A stretch of DNA of 45,679 nt, from assembly GCA_964447495.1 (NCBI GenBank), contig CAYUTF010000015.1, forward strand, positions 10,387-56,065, read 5' to 3'. The DNA comes from an uncultured archaeon. GTDB lineage: Archaea > Asgardarchaeota > Lokiarchaeia > Sigyniarchaeales > SOKP01. Under the pieces are notes generated by a model. The model ran no database searches. It saw nothing but the letters and a program-made list of their open reading frames with translations, and had not been told where the DNA came from. The position numbers and the translations under genes are program-made. How positions within the stretch are numbered: position 1 is the stretch's first letter; the number at the start of each line of letters is the position of its first letter. Positions 1 to 9,197 of the stretch are shown here, piece by piece.

Positions 1-266
1 AATTTTCTAAACCTCAAACAAAGACTCAAAAGATGTTTTGGTTATGTAAAACACTAAAAAAACTTATGATTCTTTTAGAAATTACGAAAGATGTAGACTT
101 GGTGAAAAATAGTTTAGTAATTGTTCTTAATTTGATAGATGATGTTCCTTTAGACAATTTTGAGAGGGTGGGAAAAGATATAAAAAACTTACCATTATAT
201 GAACGTGAGAAAATCAAACGAATTTTAAAAAAGACCCTACTTATAGAAAGAATCGAAGAACACTGA
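1..266 (+). CDS. Hypothetical protein, C-terminal part (5'-truncated by the window edge)
   Basis: The frame of ORF 33..266 is open back to position 3 (FSKPQTKTQK-MFW...), so the gene probably starts upstream. Helical-looking composition, no recognisable motif. Confidence 0.55.
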   Translation, partial: FSKPQTKTQKMFWLCKTLKKLMILLEITKDVDLVKNSLVIVLNLIDDVPLDNFERVGKDIKNLPLYEREKIKRILKKTLLIERIEEH

Positions 267-435
267 TGCAATATTATTCTTCTTCAATTTAATATCATGT
301 AAAAATCAGTTCGTTTCAAAAAAAGAAATTATAAATATTTAAAACTTTATTATTTATAAAAAAAATAATAGATTTTTTTTAATCTAAAGTTTATTTTTAT
401 TCAATAGGGATTTATATGATCTTTAAGATATACAT

Positions 436-442
436 GGAGGTG
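436..442 (+). promoter_or_regulatory. Shine-Dalgarno GGAGGTG
   Basis: Strong archaeal SD 7 nt before the in-frame ATT at 450. An in-frame TAG at 444 blocks any further upstream start. Confidence 0.65.
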
Positions 443-449
443 TTAGCAG

Positions 450-1175
450 ATTTTACATAATTTTTACCTTATCCATCAATATACAGGTATTTGCTTGATT
501 CATAGGAAATATGGAACCATAGAATTTAACCAAGATTTAGTTTCAGGGTTTTTAACAGCGCTTAAAGACTTTAGTGTTGAATTTTCCAAGGGAAGTGGAG
601 AACTTAAAATCATAGACATGCAAATATTTTATCTATTACTAGTTTTTAAGGAGGGAATTCTATGCACTGCTGCTGCAGATAAAAATGATGATGCTAAAAT
701 CACCCATAAGGTTTTAAGTGATATAATAGATAAGTTTGTGGATAAATTTGGAGATATTATTGAAGGATGGTCTGGGGACGTAAGACTTTTTAAGGATTTT
801 GAAAGTATTATTGATGAGATGCTAATAAGGGGAAGAGTTGCAGAAATTCAATTAAAAATCCCGATATTGAAAATCTATGAAAAAGATTTTCGTAAGTCCC
901 AGCAAAAAATAATGAAAAAAGGGCTAATACTCTCAGAAGAAGATTTACGAGTTGCTCAAAATCAAAAACCAAAATGGACGTTAAAAAGACTTCCTGCACA
1001 AGTGATAACACAAGGATTCTTAGATAAAGAGTTGTATAAGATCGCCCACTTGGCAGATGGATTTCATACTATTTCGGATATAGCAGAGGAAAGTGGTAAA
1101 CCCGAAAGAGAGATTCAAATCTTAATTGATGATTTAGATGATCTAGGACTATTGAAATTTATAGAGATTAAATGA
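450..1175 (+). CDS. Longin-like domain protein with C-terminal winged HTH (eukaryotic-signature-like); probable ATT start
   Basis: ORF 495..1175 extends in frame to ATT at 450, adding (I/M)LHNFYLIHQYTGIC, the expected first longin strands. GGAGGTG lies at 436-442. 'DLVSGFLTALKDFSVE' is a longin/roadblock-type helix, and the C-terminus 'ADGFHTISDIAEESG...LIDDLDDLGLLKF' is wHTH-like. Confidence 0.7.
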   Translation: MLHNFYLIHQYTGICLIHRKYGTIEFNQDLVSGFLTALKDFSVEFSKGSGELKIIDMQIFYLLLVFKEGILCTAAADKNDDAKITHKVLSDIIDKFVDKFGDIIEGWSGDVRLFKDFESIIDEMLIRGRVAEIQLKIPILKIYEKDFRKSQQKIMKKGLILSEEDLRVAQNQKPKWTLKRLPAQVITQGFLDKELYKIAHLADGFHTISDIAEESGKPEREIQILIDDLDDLGLLKFIEIK

Positions 1176-1208
1176 GATAGATTTTTTCTTTTTAATAACA
1201 AGATGGTT

Positions 1209-1388
1209 TTAGATGAATTTATAATACTTAACATATTCCCTTAAGAACGGGTTATATCTAAGGCCAATTTCATATTGATAGTGGCATTTAGGGCATTTTA
1301 ATGTAGTTGCTTTGATACCAAACGTTCCTTCACATGATTTTTGGTTCATAAGTGTTCCGCACTTATCACAATATACAATTTTAGCCAT
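1209..1388 (-). CDS. Small zinc-ribbon protein, 59 aa (below the ORF-track cutoff)
   Basis: ATG at 1388 to TAA at 1209: MAKIVYCDKCGTLMNQKSCEGTFGIKATTLKCPKCHYQYEIGLRYNPFLREYVKYYKFI, with two CxxC pairs. Confidence 0.75.
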   Translation of the reverse strand: MAKIVYCDKCGTLMNQKSCEGTFGIKATTLKCPKCHYQYEIGLRYNPFLREYVKYYKFI

Positions 1389-1506
1389 AATATTATTTTT
1401 AGAATTATTAATAAAAACTCCTCAATTTTTTTTGGACTGAATATCCATTTGAAATAAATCTGATAAGAAAGATAATCAAAAAATTTATGAAATTAAAAAC
1501 ACTTAA

Positions 1507-2988
1507 TTGTTTAGGATGAATGTGAATAAAGTAGAAGAAAATATTTATGAAATACCCCCCTCGACGTTAATGGCTCGTGTTGAGGGAACAATAAAGAAGT
1601 TCCAGATGAAAGTTCCAGTTCATATCTATGCTAACGAATATATCTTAGAAAAAATTAAATTAGATAGAACTCTTGATCAAATTAGCAATGTAGCATGCTT
1701 AGGAGGTATTCAGAAACATGCTATAGCCCTTTCAGATGCACATCAAGGATATGGTTTTTGTATCGGAGGTGTAGCAGGAACAGATGCTAATGATGGGATG
1801 ATCTCTCCTGGTGGCGTGGGATATGACATTAATTGCGGAGTTAGATTACTAAGAACAAATCTGTTTTTAAATGATATAAATAAAGAGCTTCCATCTCTAC
1901 TTGATAAAATTTTTAAAAATATTCCTTCAGGTTTAGGTTCAAAAGGAAAATTAAATATAAGTTACAAGGATTTAGATGAGGTTCTAGATACAGGTTTAAA
2001 TTGGGCTCTAAAACAGGGTTATGCATTGGAACAAGATCTACATCATTGCGAGGAAAATGGTTTTCTAAAAGATGCTAATTCAGAATTAATATCAGAAAAA
2101 GCAAAGCAAAGAGCTATTAAGCAACTTGGATCTTTAGGTAGTGGAAATCATTTCCTTGAAATCCAAAGAGTAGATGAAATATATGATAGAGCCATTGCTA
2201 AAAAATTAGGAATTATAAAAAAGGATCAAATTACAGTAATGGTTCATACGGGCAGTCGAGCTTTAGGTCATCAAGTATGTTCAGATTCACTTAGAAATGT
2301 TGAAAAAGCGATGAAAAAATATAATATTCAAGTTCCTGATAGGGAATTGGCTTGCGTACCAGCAAACACCAAGGAAGCAAAAGATTATTTAAGCCAAATG
2401 GCATGTGCAGCAAATTTTGGTTTTTGTAATCGCCAATTAATAACTCATTGGTTAAGAGAATCATTTCAGGAACAATATAACAAAAATACTGATGATATGG
2501 ATTTTCATCTAATATATGGCGTTTGTCATAATATATTAAAAATTGAAGAACATGAAGTTAATGGCAAAAAAATGCTCTTAAATATTCATAGAAAAGGTGC
2601 AACTAGAGCGTTTCCTCCTGGACATTCTGATATACCTCAAGATTATAAAAGTATTGGACAACCAGTATTAATACCTGGAACTATGGGATCAGCATCATAT
2701 TTGTGTGTAGGAAAACCAAAGGCAATGGATCTTACATTTGGTTCTACTGCACATGGTTCGGGGAGGTTAATGTCAAGATCTAAAGCAACCAAACAATATT
2801 GGGGATCTAAAATTAAAGAAGATTTGGGGAATAAAGGTATATTAGTAAAAGCCGCTTCAATGAAAGTTATAGCAGAAGAAGCTCCGGGAGCTTATAAAGA
2901 TATAGATCAAGTTGTTCAAGTTAGTCATGATTTAAATATTATTGAAAAAGTGGTAAGATTAGTCCCTGTGGGAGTTGTCAAAGGCTAA
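1507..2988 (+). CDS. rtcB: tRNA-splicing ligase RtcB (ATG at 1516 is an alternative start)
   Basis: Motifs DAHQGYGFCIGG, GVGYDINCG, GSLGSGNHFLE, HTGSR, HN, HRKGAT, GSTAHGSGR, EEAPGAYK. Confidence 0.97.
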   Translation: MFRMNVNKVEENIYEIPPSTLMARVEGTIKKFQMKVPVHIYANEYILEKIKLDRTLDQISNVACLGGIQKHAIALSDAHQGYGFCIGGVAGTDANDGMISPGGVGYDINCGVRLLRTNLFLNDINKELPSLLDKIFKNIPSGLGSKGKLNISYKDLDEVLDTGLNWALKQGYALEQDLHHCEENGFLKDANSELISEKAKQRAIKQLGSLGSGNHFLEIQRVDEIYDRAIAKKLGIIKKDQITVMVHTGSRALGHQVCSDSLRNVEKAMKKYNIQVPDRELACVPANTKEAKDYLSQMACAANFGFCNRQLITHWLRESFQEQYNKNTDDMDFHLIYGVCHNILKIEEHEVNGKKMLLNIHRKGATRAFPPGHSDIPQDYKSIGQPVLIPGTMGSASYLCVGKPKAMDLTFGSTAHGSGRLMSRSKATKQYWGSKIKEDLGNKGILVKAASMKVIAEEAPGAYKDIDQVVQVSHDLNIIEKVVRLVPVGVVKG

Positions 2989-3002
2989 GCGAAAATATTT
3001 AA

Positions 3003-3473
3003 CTATATGTCAAAGACAATATCAATAGTGACTTTTTCTTTTTTTTCCTCAATATTCATAAATGAATAAGTTATAGCTTTGACTTCAATTCCTATTTCAT
3101 GAACATTTTTATTAAATTTCTCTCCTTTGGCAAGCGCTTTTAACTGAAAATACCCTTTCTTCATAATAATTGATTGAACTTCTATATTGCTAAATACTAA
3201 TTCATCAACATCAAAAATATATAGAAATTCAGTCAAAAAATCTATACATAGTGCGTATTTATCTTCAGATTTAATATTAATTTCTCTTTCAATTTTATGG
3301 TCGATTTTTTCTAAACTGGGAGAAATTGTAGCCATAAGACTTAATGCTACTTGAGAAAATGCTTCTTCTATTGTTCTGCCCCAACCTCTTACTTTAACAT
3401 CAGCAGTATGGTCGATAAATTTGTATCCTGCTTCTCTCATTTTATTTAATTTATTCTTAAAAATATTTTTCAT
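3003..3473 (-). CDS. Archease (RtcB cofactor); likely start ATG at 3440
   Basis: DHTAD motif, EVKAITY, terminal FDI; convergent with rtcB. Confidence 0.95.
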   Translation of the reverse strand: MKNIFKNKLNKMREAGYKFIDHTADVKVRGWGRTIEEAFSQVALSLMATISPSLEKIDHKIEREINIKSEDKYALCIDFLTEFLYIFDVDELVFSNIEVQSIIMKKGYFQLKALAKGEKFNKNVHEIGIEVKAITYSFMNIEEKKEKVTIDIVFDI

Positions 3474-3559
3474 TTAGATGTATTTTTTTATTTTAAATTT
3501 ATTGCTCAAAATTATTTTTCTTAGGACTTTATATTTTTAAGTGAAAAGAAATCTATTGT

Positions 3560-4063
3560 ATGCTTTATACAATTCTAGATGATTTAATATTTTATCAGAT
3601 TTTAAGAGTTGTAATTAAATTTACTAATTTTGAAATAAAGCTATATGAATATTTCCTTCAAAAAACGGGGGTTTATCCTCAAAATATCATCACTATTGAT
3701 AATTTTGTTTTTTTCTTTGTAAATAACGAGGATTATTTCAAGGCAAAAGATCATATAAAGACAATTAGGAAAGAATTAATTAAAAAAGCACTAATAATTC
3801 GAGCAGAAAATACTCTTATTAATTTATTATACAGTTTATTTCCAGATCTATATATCCACGATATTAAAATTGAATGGAATTTTTATTCTGGAAAACGAGA
3901 AATTTCGATAAATTTTCTTTCATTTAAGGAAAGAGGGATCGCGATTGGACGGAATGGCGATTACATCAAAACAGTAAATGACCTTTTCAATAAATATATT
4001 CTATTTCAGAATGATGGTAAGCCAATAACAATAAAATGTATATCTATTAATAACGATCTATAA
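3560..4063 (+). CDS. Archaeal NusA-like KH-domain protein (divergent paralogue)
   Basis: 'IKFTNFEIKLYEYF..KTGV' N-terminus and 'RGIAIGRNGDYIK' second-KH GxxG motif. The first KH lacks GxxG. Start uncertain. Confidence 0.65.
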   Translation: MLYTILDDLIFYQILRVVIKFTNFEIKLYEYFLQKTGVYPQNIITIDNFVFFFVNNEDYFKAKDHIKTIRKELIKKALIIRAENTLINLLYSLFPDLYIHDIKIEWNFYSGKREISINFLSFKERGIAIGRNGDYIKTVNDLFNKYILFQNDGKPITIKCISINNDL

Positions 4064-4837
4064 TTACCAAGGAACATCTTTTAATCCTACTACATAAGCA
4101 ACCGTATTTGCAATGATGCTTACTGAAGGAGTTAATATGAGAAGAAAAATAACCATAAAAATATCTGGAGCCAAATAGAGATTTGGGAAAAAAAAGCTAG
4201 GTATTGAAGCAAATACAATAGCAAATCCCGCAAAATCTAGTTGGTCTATAACCCAAAAGGGGGCCCCACTTGCGATATTAACCCTTCTCTTTAGAAAAGA
4301 ACCTATTAAATCACCGATCCCAGCTCCATAGGAGCATAGAATAATTCTTATTAATATAATTAAAAACCCAATAGGAAAAGTTCCGCCTATAAAATAATAT
4401 TGATAATAGAAGATGTTGTTATAAAGCTTGTATATTCCAAGAGGAATTCCGATATCTGGAATAACTCTAATAATATCCCATAAAACCAAAAATAATAAAA
4501 ATATACCGAATGAAATTGGAATTCCAATAAAGAGAGGGCCTTTGATTAATCCATTCCAAGTTTTATGGTCTCCTAATATTCTTCTTCCATCCTTCCAATA
4601 CTTACCTCCATCAACAGGTTTTCCTTTACCAACGATTACCATACCTGCATTTGAAATGTATGCCGGAACGATAAAAAATAAACTAAAAATCAATAGAGCA
4701 ATCCAGTCAGCCCAAGAATAAAGTAATGAAATGATTATGAAATTTAACAACAGTAAACAAGTAAAGGACAGAGCTAAATACTTTGCTATTTTTGTATTTC
4801 GTTGCTTTTTATAGTCTTGATTACTTATTGAATCCAT
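4064..4837 (-). CDS. carS: CDP-archaeol synthase (CDP-2,3-bis-O-geranylgeranyl-sn-glycerol synthase)
   Basis: PAYISN, PVDGG..WKDGRRILGDHKTW, GDLIGSFLKRR, DQLDF, terminal LKDVPW. Confidence 0.93.
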   Translation of the reverse strand: MDSISNQDYKKQRNTKIAKYLALSFTCLLLLNFIIISLLYSWADWIALLIFSLFFIVPAYISNAGMVIVGKGKPVDGGKYWKDGRRILGDHKTWNGLIKGPLFIGIPISFGIFLLFLVLWDIIRVIPDIGIPLGIYKLYNNIFYYQYYFIGGTFPIGFLIILIRIILCSYGAGIGDLIGSFLKRRVNIASGAPFWVIDQLDFAGFAIVFASIPSFFFPNLYLAPDIFMVIFLLILTPSVSIIANTVAYVVGLKDVPW

Positions 4838-5085
4838 TTTTCATTCAATCAATTTAGTCTCAAATTAGATATTCTAATACTTAATGAAAATTAAATGTTG
4901 TTATAGAAAAGAGAATATAATAGAGTATTAATAATATTGCTCGGCAAATAAAAATCTTTTAAAACTCCGACATTAATATTATCAAATATTGATGTGGTTG
5001 TAGTTAATTATATTTTTAATTTATATTAATAATTTAACATCTAATCAATAATTTTGAGATTAATAATTAATCTTATATAGTAAGT

Positions 5086-5118
5086 TTGCATTCGAAATAT
5101 TAGTTGTTCGCATGGAAA
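5086..5118 (+). promoter_or_regulatory. Candidate mini-ORB (Orc1/Cdc6-binding) motifs upstream of cdc6
   Basis: TTGCATTCGAAAT (5086-5098) fits YTNCANNNGAAA. TTCGCATGGAAA (5107-5118) resembles the TTCCAGTGGAAA ORB core. Both sit in a ~300-bp very AT-rich intergenic region. Confidence 0.35.
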
Positions 5119-5138
5119 AAAACGTATGGTGACATTGA

Positions 5139-6461
5139 GTGTTGACTAACTCTAACAAGGATAACGATCTTTCTTTTAACATTGATAGATTTTATAAAGA
5201 TTATTTAAAGGGACCAACAATTTTCAAGAAACGCGAAGCTCTTGAACCATCATTTATACCAAATGAATTACCACATAGAGATTATGAAATAGAAAAAATT
5301 GCAGCAATCACAGCATGTGCATTAAAAGGAGACGTACCCCCAAATTTATTATGTTATGGAATGACGGGTACTGGAAAAACTGCTACAGTTAGATATATAA
5401 GTCAAAAATTAGCACAACATTGTAAAGGAAATACTCCATGGTGGATATATATTAATTGTAACGTTGTATCAACACCTTATCGTATTTTAGCTCATATATA
5501 TAATACGATTAGTAATAAAGAAAAAATACCTCCCACAGGATTGCCAAAGGATATCATTTTCAAAAAATTGCTAGGATTGTTAGATATTCGAGTAAAAGAT
5601 TGCATATGTTTTCTAGTATTAGATGAAATAGATATTTTAATAGGAAAAAAGGGAGGAAATGAAATTTTATATGACTTAACGCGACTTAATGAAAATTTAG
5701 ATTTTTGTCGCACTAGCCTGATAGGAATATCAAATAAACTGAAATTCATAGATTATTTAGATTCCAGAGTCACTTCAAGTTTAGGCGAAGAAGAACCTAT
5801 TGTATTTCATCCCTATAATGCAAACCAATTAACGGATATTCTTAGACAACGGGCAAATATAGCATTTCCTGATGGCGTAATTGAAGATGGTGTCATAAAA
5901 TTGTGCGCAGGATTAGCTGCTAAAGAACATGGGGATGCTCGAAAAGCCTTACAGCTTTTACGTAAAGCGGGAGAAATAGCAGCGAGAAAACATAATAAAA
6001 CTATTTCAGAAGCTCATGTCCAGAAAGCTCAAAAAGATATTGATAAAGATCATATTGTTGAATATATTTTATCGATGCCTCTTCAATCTCAATTGACAAT
6101 TACAGCGATCTTCCTTCTACATAAATATAATAAAGATCATATAATAACTTCTGGTGACATATATGAAGTACATACAGATCTTTCAAACAAGATTCCAGGG
6201 GTAAAACAGCTAACTAAAAGAAGGATCAGTGATTATATCAATGAGTTAGCATTAGCGGGATTAATTTCAGCCATAACTAAATCCTTGGGACACTACGGCA
6301 GAACAAAAATTATTAACTTAGATATAGATATTAATTTAGTGGAACGTGTATTAAATCAAATTCCTAAAATTAAAATGGCTAATCTCCTTAATTTTAAGCC
6401 AACATTATTACAAACAGATAAAGTAAGAGTAAAGAATAATGTTTTCAAAAGATTGCTTTAA
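5139..6461 (+). CDS. cdc6: Orc1/Cdc6 replication initiator
   Basis: LPHR, Walker A GMTGTGKT, Walker B VLDEID, FHPYNANQL, HGDARKAL, C-terminal wHTH with GHYGRT. Confidence 0.96.
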   Translation: MLTNSNKDNDLSFNIDRFYKDYLKGPTIFKKREALEPSFIPNELPHRDYEIEKIAAITACALKGDVPPNLLCYGMTGTGKTATVRYISQKLAQHCKGNTPWWIYINCNVVSTPYRILAHIYNTISNKEKIPPTGLPKDIIFKKLLGLLDIRVKDCICFLVLDEIDILIGKKGGNEILYDLTRLNENLDFCRTSLIGISNKLKFIDYLDSRVTSSLGEEEPIVFHPYNANQLTDILRQRANIAFPDGVIEDGVIKLCAGLAAKEHGDARKALQLLRKAGEIAARKHNKTISEAHVQKAQKDIDKDHIVEYILSMPLQSQLTITAIFLLHKYNKDHIITSGDIYEVHTDLSNKIPGVKQLTKRRISDYINELALAGLISAITKSLGHYGRTKIINLDIDINLVERVLNQIPKIKMANLLNFKPTLLQTDKVRVKNNVFKRLL

Positions 6462-7141
6462 GAAGAGAATTCCCATTCATTAATTTGGTTTATAATCTTT
6501 TCAAGAAAATAAATAGCTAAATTCTCGTCTTCTTTTTTTAGAAGCAGAAATAATTTAATTAAATGCTTACAAAATGTTTTAGTTTTAGCTCGTCTTGTTT
6601 CAAAATCATGACAATTATGTCTTATGTATTTTTCTTTTATACTTATTTTAACTATATAATTCTTTTCTTTGGATCCTTTAATTTTAGCTTCAATTATCCC
6701 CGCATTCTTATCATGTGTTATAATATTGATTGCATCGTCGGAAACAGAAACTGCTCTATTTAATGCTCCATTATCAATTAGTTTCTTCAGGAAGCTATTG
6801 AATTTATTTCCATTATTCATTTCAATTTCTTTTATAACATTATTTCGTTTTTTTTGAGATTTCATATTCTCCTCAATTTCCAACTGTCGTCCTTTTTGCC
6901 ATATTTTGAATTTTCGATATAATTTATCTGATAGTCTAAAATTTGAATTTTCATCTTCGATTAATAATCCACTTTTTAGAGCGTTATTTAGAAATGAAAT
7001 TGCTTCTTTTGGTAGATAGATAAAAAACTCGAAAATAATTTTATATAATAGATCATCATAAGATATGTAGGGTAGATCAATTATCTTCCAAATATACAAT
7101 AACATTTCATCAGGATTGTCTCGAGGAATAGTTAATTTCAT
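6458..7141 (-). CDS. SWIM-type zinc finger protein with N-terminal wHTH-like region
   Basis: 'KGSKEKNYIVKI...HNCHDF....FCKHL' fits the SWIM pattern (first Cys replaced by His). Lies 29 bp downstream of DP1 on the same strand. Confidence 0.65.
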   Translation of the reverse strand: MKLTIPRDNPDEMLLYIWKIIDLPYISYDDLLYKIIFEFFIYLPKEAISFLNNALKSGLLIEDENSNFRLSDKLYRKFKIWQKGRQLEIEENMKSQKKRNNVIKEIEMNNGNKFNSFLKKLIDNGALNRAVSVSDDAINIITHDKNAGIIEAKIKGSKEKNYIVKISIKEKYIRHNCHDFETRRAKTKTFCKHLIKLFLLLKKEDENLAIYFLEKIINQINEWEFSS

Positions 7142-7170
7142 TGAAATCGTCCTATACTTTTTTTAATAAT

Positions 7171-8928
7171 TTAATTATATAATTTTTGTATATCTAATGG
7201 GAAAAAAGTCAGGCTATCTAATTCTATTATTGGTACAATTCCAGGAGTAGGTGTGATTCCAAAACTCTTCATAAAGTCTGTTTGAGCTTGAAAGCATCCA
7301 GAATTGATTAATGAGACATGCCGATATCGATCAAAACCATTAATATGAATGTGTCCTGTATGAAAAATATCTGGTATCTTATCTATAACCAACCAATCTT
7401 TATCTAATGGTGCAATTTGAGTTTTTTCTCCAAAGATTGGTGCTAAATGTCTGGATATGAGAAACTCTTTCATTACTTCAGTAGGTTTATTAATATTAAA
7501 TTCATGAATCAACATGATCATATCATGAATACTCTCACCATGATATATCAAAGTATTTACTTCATGGGTTTGAATATAAGAGGGGTTGCCTAAGCAAACA
7601 ACTCCAAGATCAAATAATGCTTCACAATATTTCTTGGGAACTGCAGGACGAGGAATTGCATTTCTGACAGGTTCATGATTTCCTGCAGTATAGAATACCT
7701 TTATATGTTCGGGAATTTGAGCGATAAATTCGGTAGCTTTATCATATTGTTTATAAATGTCAGTTATATCAAGATCATTTTCTTGATTTGGATATACCCC
7801 AATCCCATCAATTAAATCTCCATTTATTACAAGATATTTTATTTTACTTGCCCGTTCTCTATAGTTTGCATTACCCGCTTTTCCATTTAAAAAAGCAATA
7901 AACTTCTTAAATAATTTTTCTTCAAACTCTTTACTTCCGATATGAGTATCAGAGATTAAAGCTATAGATAGAGGAAGATTCGCTGTATTTGGTTGATAAT
8001 CAGTAGGAATGTCAATTTTTGTGATATAATCTGCAAATATTATCCCGCTATTTCGGTTATCTCCGGGATTATAAGTTCCTTGAACATACATCATCTGATC
8101 ATATACAATGTGATTAAAAAGTTTATTATTTTCTTGATTTTCGCTGTCTTTGCGAATTAAAACATTAATAGAACCTGTTAAGTCTTCAATTTCAAAAAAA
8201 TAATTTTCATTTTTAGTTTGGCGAAAATTTTTCACTAGACCTATAGTAGATACCTCAGAGCTACTGGAAAGCCTAAGTATATTGTTAATATTTGTTGCTG
8301 AAAGCACATCAGATCTTTTTCTCATTAATTTATTTAATTTTGTAAATTTATCTAATGTTAAATTATAAAAATCGTTATAATCTCCATTGGTATATAACTT
8401 ACCAGTAGGATCTTTTAATATTTTATAATCGAAATCATAATCTTTAGCTATTGGTCGAAATAAAGAATTTGACTTAGTAGTTTCATAAGTACGGACAGAA
8501 TTCATGGCTTTAGGGGATACTTTTTCATTTATTGAACTAGTTTGAGGTAATTTTGAAGTGGGTAATGGCTTTGCACTTGCTTTTACTGATTTAAACAAAA
8601 TGGAGGGTTCCTCTTTATTAGTTTGTTGACATTTATTTTTTTCTTTTACTTCCAAATCAGGCTCGTTTTTCATGAGTATATCAGAATGTATAATATTTCT
8701 TTCCATTGTTTTAACGATTTCTTGATTAGAAAGTTTCTTCAGAATATCAGGGGTTAAATGGCTTTGAAACTGAGGTATAAAACTAGTCTCTTTAATGATT
8801 AATTCTAAATTCTGATGAGGATTTTCCATATTTAAAATCATTTCTAAAACAAAAGGGGTAATATTTATTCCAGAATTTACCAATTTTTTTAAAATGATTT
8901 GTTTCTGGTTAAGTTTATCGTCATTCAA
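7171..8928 (-). CDS. polB: DNA polymerase D small subunit DP1 (3'-5' exonuclease)
   Basis: OB fold (EIEDLTGSI) plus calcineurin-like motifs SDTHIGS, GDLIDGIGVYPNQ, GNHE, HG, RHLAP, HTGHIH, FQAQTDF. Confidence 0.96.
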   Translation of the reverse strand: MNDDKLNQKQIILKKLVNSGINITPFVLEMILNMENPHQNLELIIKETSFIPQFQSHLTPDILKKLSNQEIVKTMERNIIHSDILMKNEPDLEVKEKNKCQQTNKEEPSILFKSVKASAKPLPTSKLPQTSSINEKVSPKAMNSVRTYETTKSNSLFRPIAKDYDFDYKILKDPTGKLYTNGDYNDFYNLTLDKFTKLNKLMRKRSDVLSATNINNILRLSSSSEVSTIGLVKNFRQTKNENYFFEIEDLTGSINVLIRKDSENQENNKLFNHIVYDQMMYVQGTYNPGDNRNSGIIFADYITKIDIPTDYQPNTANLPLSIALISDTHIGSKEFEEKLFKKFIAFLNGKAGNANYRERASKIKYLVINGDLIDGIGVYPNQENDLDITDIYKQYDKATEFIAQIPEHIKVFYTAGNHEPVRNAIPRPAVPKKYCEALFDLGVVCLGNPSYIQTHEVNTLIYHGESIHDMIMLIHEFNINKPTEVMKEFLISRHLAPIFGEKTQIAPLDKDWLVIDKIPDIFHTGHIHINGFDRYRHVSLINSGCFQAQTDFMKSFGITPTPGIVPIIELDSLTFFPLDIQKLYN

Positions 8929-9197
8929 GGTTAATCATTTGTTTTAGAATTATGATATTAAATATACTTCACTATTAAATTATTTATTATTAAAGAAAAA
9001 ACATATTTTCTTTTTATACAAATAGACTAATAAAAATAACTGATTATAATGAAAAATTAGTGAACTCTCATTATTGAAATAAAAGTAGAGAATTAGCCTA
9101 TTAATAAATTACTTTAATTTGCTTGAAAAAAAATGAATAATATAACTTTAGTACTTGGTTTAATTTAAAAGTTCTTATAGCAAGGGTTTGTTCAAAA

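Noticed and set aside
264-302. TGA followed by TGC at the end of the first ORF, as possible selenocysteine readthrough
   Set aside because: No selenoprotein-family context and no recognisable SECIS downstream; the extension is short and featureless.
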